A stretch of DNA of 49,417 nucleotides, filler included, from Nitrospirota bacterium (GTDB taxonomy: Bacteria; UBA2233): NCBI GenBank assembly GCA_011620345.1. It is 2 parts of 2 records of this genome, joined end to end, with 100 filler letters (N's around TTAATTAATTAA, not from the genome) between each part and the next. Parts side by side here need not be neighbours in the genome. Positions count along the whole stretch, not along the records: positions 25,223 to 49,417 come from WOZJ01000064.1; 1 more part is not named here. One strand, given 5' to 3'. Shown piece by piece: positions 45,793 through 49,417 of the stretch. Both the position numbers and the translations under genes were made by a program. Numbering within the stretch: the first letter of the stretch is position 1; each line of letters begins with the position of its first letter. The notes beneath the pieces were generated by a model. It had not been told where the DNA came from, ran no database searches, and was given only the letters and a program-made list of their open reading frames with translations.

Positions 45793-45966
45793 AGATCAAC
45801 ACCCATGCTCTAGCCTTTTTGGGATCGCACCGCTCCATGTAAGATAAGAAGGAGTGACCCAGACCTTCAATAAGAAAGCGCCACCGGGGCAAACCTAGGA
45901 AGGAAGCGTTTGATTCCATAAGGTTCTAAATGACGATCGCTAACGAACTGTCCAAAGGAGAGAGCA

Positions 45967-46974
45967 ATGCCCATCCAATCCAAGGAAATCCGTCTCAAGG
46001 CATACCCTAAGGGGTATCCGAACGAGGAAGATTTCGAGCTCACGACCCTAGAACTCCCAGAGCCAAAAAAGGGGGAGGTGCTCATCAAGAACCTCTATAT
46101 GAGCGTCGATCCCTACATGCGGGGCAGGATGACGCCAAGAAAGAGCTACGTCCCTCCGTTCGAGGTGGGCAAGGCAATGGAGGGCGCAGCCGTGGGGGTC
46201 GTCCTCAAGAGCCTTAACCCGGGGTTGAAAGAGGGTGAGCATGTCGTTAGCATGCTCGGGTTTCGGGAATACTTTCTCTCGGATGGCTCCGGCCTTCTGA
46301 AGGTCGACCCCAACCTCGCCCCGATCGAGGCTTACTTGGGTGTACTCGGAATGACAGGGCTCACGGCCTACGTAGGGCTCAAGCGCGTGGCAGAGTTGAA
46401 AGAAAACGAGCGCGTGCTCGTCTCGGCGGCCTCCGGCGCCGTCGGCTCCATCGCCTGCCAGATCGCCAAAATCATGGGCTGTACCGTCGTCGGCACGGCG
46501 AGCTCGGATGAAAAATGCGCATGGCTCTTGAACGAGCTCAAGATCGACAAGGCGATAAACTACAAAAAGGCCCAAAACCTGCCCCATTCCTTTGCCGAAG
46601 CGCTGCCCGAAGGGATCGACGTTTACTTTGAAAACGTTGGCGATGTCTTCTTGGAGGCCGCGCTCGAGAATATGCGCGATTTTGGCAGGGTTGTACTCTG
46701 CGGCATGATCGCCCTCTACAACCTTGAGGACCCCAAACCAGGCCCTTCCAACCTCTTTCTGGCCATAACAAAAAGGCTTAGGCTCCAGGGCTTTATCGTC
46801 TCCGACAACCTCGACATGCGCGAGGCCTTCCTTGCCGACATGACCCGCTGGATCCAAGAGGACCGCATCGTCTGGCGTGAGACCGTTTTTGGGGGCATCG
46901 AGAACGCACCGAAGGCCTTCCTTGGCCTGTTCGATAGCGAGAACATAGGTAAGATGCTCGTCAAGCTCGCCTAA
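45967..46974 (+). CDS. NADP-dependent alkenal/double-bond reductase (CurA/YncB/PTGR family, MDR)
   Basis: SVDPYMRGRM, GVLGMTGLTAY, SAASGAVGS, DVYFENVG, NIGKMLV. Confidence 0.92.
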   Translation: MPIQSKEIRLKAYPKGYPNEEDFELTTLELPEPKKGEVLIKNLYMSVDPYMRGRMTPRKSYVPPFEVGKAMEGAAVGVVLKSLNPGLKEGEHVVSMLGFREYFLSDGSGLLKVDPNLAPIEAYLGVLGMTGLTAYVGLKRVAELKENERVLVSAASGAVGSIACQIAKIMGCTVVGTASSDEKCAWLLNELKIDKAINYKKAQNLPHSFAEALPEGIDVYFENVGDVFLEAALENMRDFGRVVLCGMIALYNLEDPKPGPSNLFLAITKRLRLQGFIVSDNLDMREAFLADMTRWIQEDRIVWRETVFGGIENAPKAFLGLFDSENIGKMLVKLA

Positions 46975-47169
46975 AGGTTTTATTTAGAAACAAAATCGGC
47001 CCCCCTCAGTCCATAGGCTGAAGGGGGGAACTGGCCTCAAGAGGGCGCTGCTCCTGGACTGACGAGGGAATTAATACCTTAGGCGCTCGACCAAGCCTTC
47101 CCAGGCTTGGAGCATATCTTTCAACGGGTGCCGTGAATTTGGTGATATGAACAGCATTTTTCTTGTCAT

Positions 47170-47270
47170 NNNNNNNNNNNNNNNNNNNNNNNNNNNNNNN
47201 NNNNNNNNNNNNNNNNNNNNNNNNNNNNNNNNNNNNNNNNNNNNNNNNNNNNNNNNNNNNNNNNNNNNNT
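47170..47270. other. Scaffold gap flanked by a 54-bp direct duplication (assembly overlap)
   Basis: 47116-47169 is identical to 47271-47324. Confidence 0.9.
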
Positions 47271-47301
47271 ATCTTTCAACGGGTGCCGTGAATTTGGTGA
47301 T

Positions 47302-48585
47302 ATGAACAGCATTTTTCTTGTCATGGTCGTAACCGCTTTCGGGGTCGGCGCCCTAAGAGAGCTTTTTTCTTCTCCAGGCACGATGCAAGCCTTGAGTGCA
47401 CAAACCCTTGGTTCCGCCAACCAAAGCGTTCAACTCGCCCTTGGCCTTGTCGGCGCCATGGCTCTTTTTCTTGGACTGATGAAAGTCGCAGAGAAAGGCG
47501 GACTTTTAACGATTCTGGCTCGCTTGATGCGCCCTTTGCTCGTTCGCCTTTTTCCTTCGGTACCCGCCGATAATCCCGCCATGGGCGCCATGATCCTGAA
47601 CCTTTCTGCCAATGCCCTGGGGCTTGGCAATGCCGCCACCCCCTTTGGTATTCGCGCCATGCAGCACCTGGATTGCCTTAACTTAAGCAAAGGAACGGCA
47701 ACCAAGGCCATGATTCTTTTTTTAGCGATCAACACCTCCAGCGTCACCCTTTTGCCGACAGGCGTCATTGCCCTTCGCTCTTCTTTGGGTTCTGCCAACC
47801 CCGCAGGGATTTTGCCCACCACCCTATTTGCAAGCCTTTGTTCCACGGTGGTCGCCGTTGTCCTGGCCAAATGCTGCGAGCGTTTTTTTCCTGAATCCTC
47901 AAACCAGAAAGCTCGTTTGAGCGACGCTCATAATTCTGGAGATGGAGAAAAGAAAGACCACCTCGAGGAAATGGAGATCGGAAAAAGCTACCCCCTTTGG
48001 ACGTCTTTGCTTGTCCTGTTTCTTTTGGGAGCCTTTATTGTGTTGGCTGTGCTCTACGGCCAAACAATCGCCCCGTGGATTATTCCTGGGATCGTCGTCG
48101 GACTTTTAGGCTTTGGCGCATACCGGGGAGTGCATACATACGAGGCATTCATTGAAGGGGCCAAGGAAGGTTTTGATGTGGCCTTGAAGATCATTCCTTA
48201 TCTAGTCGCAATCCTTGTGGCTGTCGCCATGCTTCGAACAAGCGGCGCTCTTGGTTTGATAGTTGCGCCCATTGCCGCATGGACCGCCCCCTTAGGCTTG
48301 CCGGGCGAAGCCATTCCAATGGCGCTTTTGCGACCCCTTTCCGGTTCCGGCGCATACGGCGTGATGGCCTCGATTCTAGCAGATCCGGCCGTTGGGCCGG
48401 ATAGCTATACCGGATACCTAGTCAGCACCCTGCAAGGTTCCTCAGAGACGACTTTCTATGTCCTTGCCGTCTATTTTGGCGCCGTAGGCATCCGGCGCAT
48501 CCGCTACACACTTATTGCAGCCCTTGGCGCCGATTTGGCCGGCATTGTAGGGGCCGTCATTGCCTGTCGTTATCTCTACGGCTGA
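47302..48585 (+). CDS. Fused SpmA-SpmB (nucleoside-recognition GATE domain) membrane protein
   Basis: SpmA half: ANALGLGNAATPFG, AINTSSV. SpmB half: FIEGAKEGF, RPLSGSGA, QGSSETTFYVLAVYFG. Confidence 0.88.
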   Translation: MNSIFLVMVVTAFGVGALRELFSSPGTMQALSAQTLGSANQSVQLALGLVGAMALFLGLMKVAEKGGLLTILARLMRPLLVRLFPSVPADNPAMGAMILNLSANALGLGNAATPFGIRAMQHLDCLNLSKGTATKAMILFLAINTSSVTLLPTGVIALRSSLGSANPAGILPTTLFASLCSTVVAVVLAKCCERFFPESSNQKARLSDAHNSGDGEKKDHLEEMEIGKSYPLWTSLLVLFLLGAFIVLAVLYGQTIAPWIIPGIVVGLLGFGAYRGVHTYEAFIEGAKEGFDVALKIIPYLVAILVAVAMLRTSGALGLIVAPIAAWTAPLGLPGEAIPMALLRPLSGSGAYGVMASILADPAVGPDSYTGYLVSTLQGSSETTFYVLAVYFGAVGIRRIRYTLIAALGADLAGIVGAVIACRYLYG

Positions 48586-48620
48586 TTTATCATGCTTAGA
48601 GGGGAAACTACGGCGCCTTC

Positions 48621-49337
48621 TTAGCCCTCTATTGCATTCATCTCAGCTTGGATCATCTTCGCCACCTGGGCTCCCCATAACGCATACGCCATTTCCCCGG
48701 GGTGAAATCCATCTTTTGCCAGGTAGGCTTGCTGCACCGGGAACGTCACAGAAACGAAAAGACACGCGTCATCCTTTTTCACGATGGATCCCATAATGGC
48801 ATTGAGTTTCTTTGCCCGTGCCCCTAACCACCAACGGAGCGGCTGAGGTAGCGCTACGAAGCGATGCATTGGCGGCACGCTAGAGAACAAAATGCGGAGA
48901 GCGCAAAACTTCGATTTCAGCAAAGCAATGATCTTTAATATGTTGTTGGCCCACTCATCGTACCTGGTGCGCGCCGTGACGTCATTGACCCCTAGAGAAA
49001 CCAGCACGAAGTCGAAAGGCTCTTCTGCACTAGACTTGAGCCTATCGAGAACCTTGCCAGAGGCATAACCTGATTTCGCGAGCATCTTCCACGTCACTTC
49101 ATGGGTAGAACCAAGCGACGACACCAACGCGCCTGAGAGTGCTTGGTCTTGTCTGTTGACACCCACACCGGCCGCAGCAGAGTCGCCAACAATCAACAAT
49201 CTTATTTTGGGACCCGCGCCGTACACACCCGAGCGCGCGCCCTTCGCTTCCGGTAATCGCGGAATGACTCTCCTTACGTAACGCCCTTGCATAATGAGGA
49301 TTGGCGCTAACAACGCCGTTGATAGGTTATCGATCAT
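48621..49337 (-). CDS. SGNH/GDSL hydrolase
   Basis: IVGDSAAAG, LGVND, DGFHP. Confidence 0.9.
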   Translation of the reverse strand: MIDNLSTALLAPILIMQGRYVRRVIPRLPEAKGARSGVYGAGPKIRLLIVGDSAAAGVGVNRQDQALSGALVSSLGSTHEVTWKMLAKSGYASGKVLDRLKSSAEEPFDFVLVSLGVNDVTARTRYDEWANNILKIIALLKSKFCALRILFSSVPPMHRFVALPQPLRWWLGARAKKLNAIMGSIVKKDDACLFVSVTFPVQQAYLAKDGFHPGEMAYALWGAQVAKMIQAEMNAIEG

Positions 49338-49417
49338 ATTCGCTCCATGCGGGCTAACATCCTCTTAAAATTAAGGCGGCGAAATAGGGTAAAGCGGCTT
49401 TTTCGATCTCGAGGCCA

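Noticed and set aside
46990-47110. SRP RNA or IS200/IS605 omega-RNA
   Set aside because: There is only superficial word similarity. The SRP core motif is absent and no iscB/tnpB gene follows.

Overview
This 49.4-kb window is from a moderately GC-rich, probably diderm bacterium with anaerobe-type enzymes; the lineage cannot be fixed from the window alone. It is not one continuous locus. An artificial N44-TTAATTAATTAA-N44 linker at 25123-25222 joins two contigs, and a scaffold gap at 47170-47270 is flanked by a 54-bp duplication. Left contig, in order: a GATAG-footed REP-like repeat cluster; two exported phosphoesterases behind a candidate PHO box; a BlaI/M56 pair; a Cys/Met PLP enzyme; glutamate dehydrogenase; an exported C-N hydrolase; an exported glycoside hydrolase; transketolase; a stress SDR with a YdaT-like gene; a Tat-exported aldo/keto reductase; YccA; a class II aldolase; and a tightly coupled lutA-lutB-lutC-frhB-like-iorA-iorB operon. 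Right contig, in order: a MazF/DUF3018 toxin-antitoxin pair; GFA and GST genes; a TLP1-type thiolase-like gene; PEP carboxylase; a ~12-kb acyl-CoA catabolic cluster (atypical acyl-CoA dehydrogenase, SCP2-like protein, split ferredoxin/nitroreductase, beta-keto acid cleavage enzyme, three-gene biotin carboxylase, crotonase, two CoA ligases); a ThDP enzyme; a CurA-like reductase; an SpmAB fusion; and an SGNH hydrolase. The best candidates for undescribed systems are (1) the lut-frhB-ior operon, a possible aryl- or branched 2-hydroxy-acid oxidation pathway, and (2) the yng/liu-like carboxylation cluster, which has a BKACE gene but no HMG-CoA lyase in the window. I found no rRNA, tRNA, CRISPR array or transposase. 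All family calls come from recognising motifs by eye; no database searches were run.
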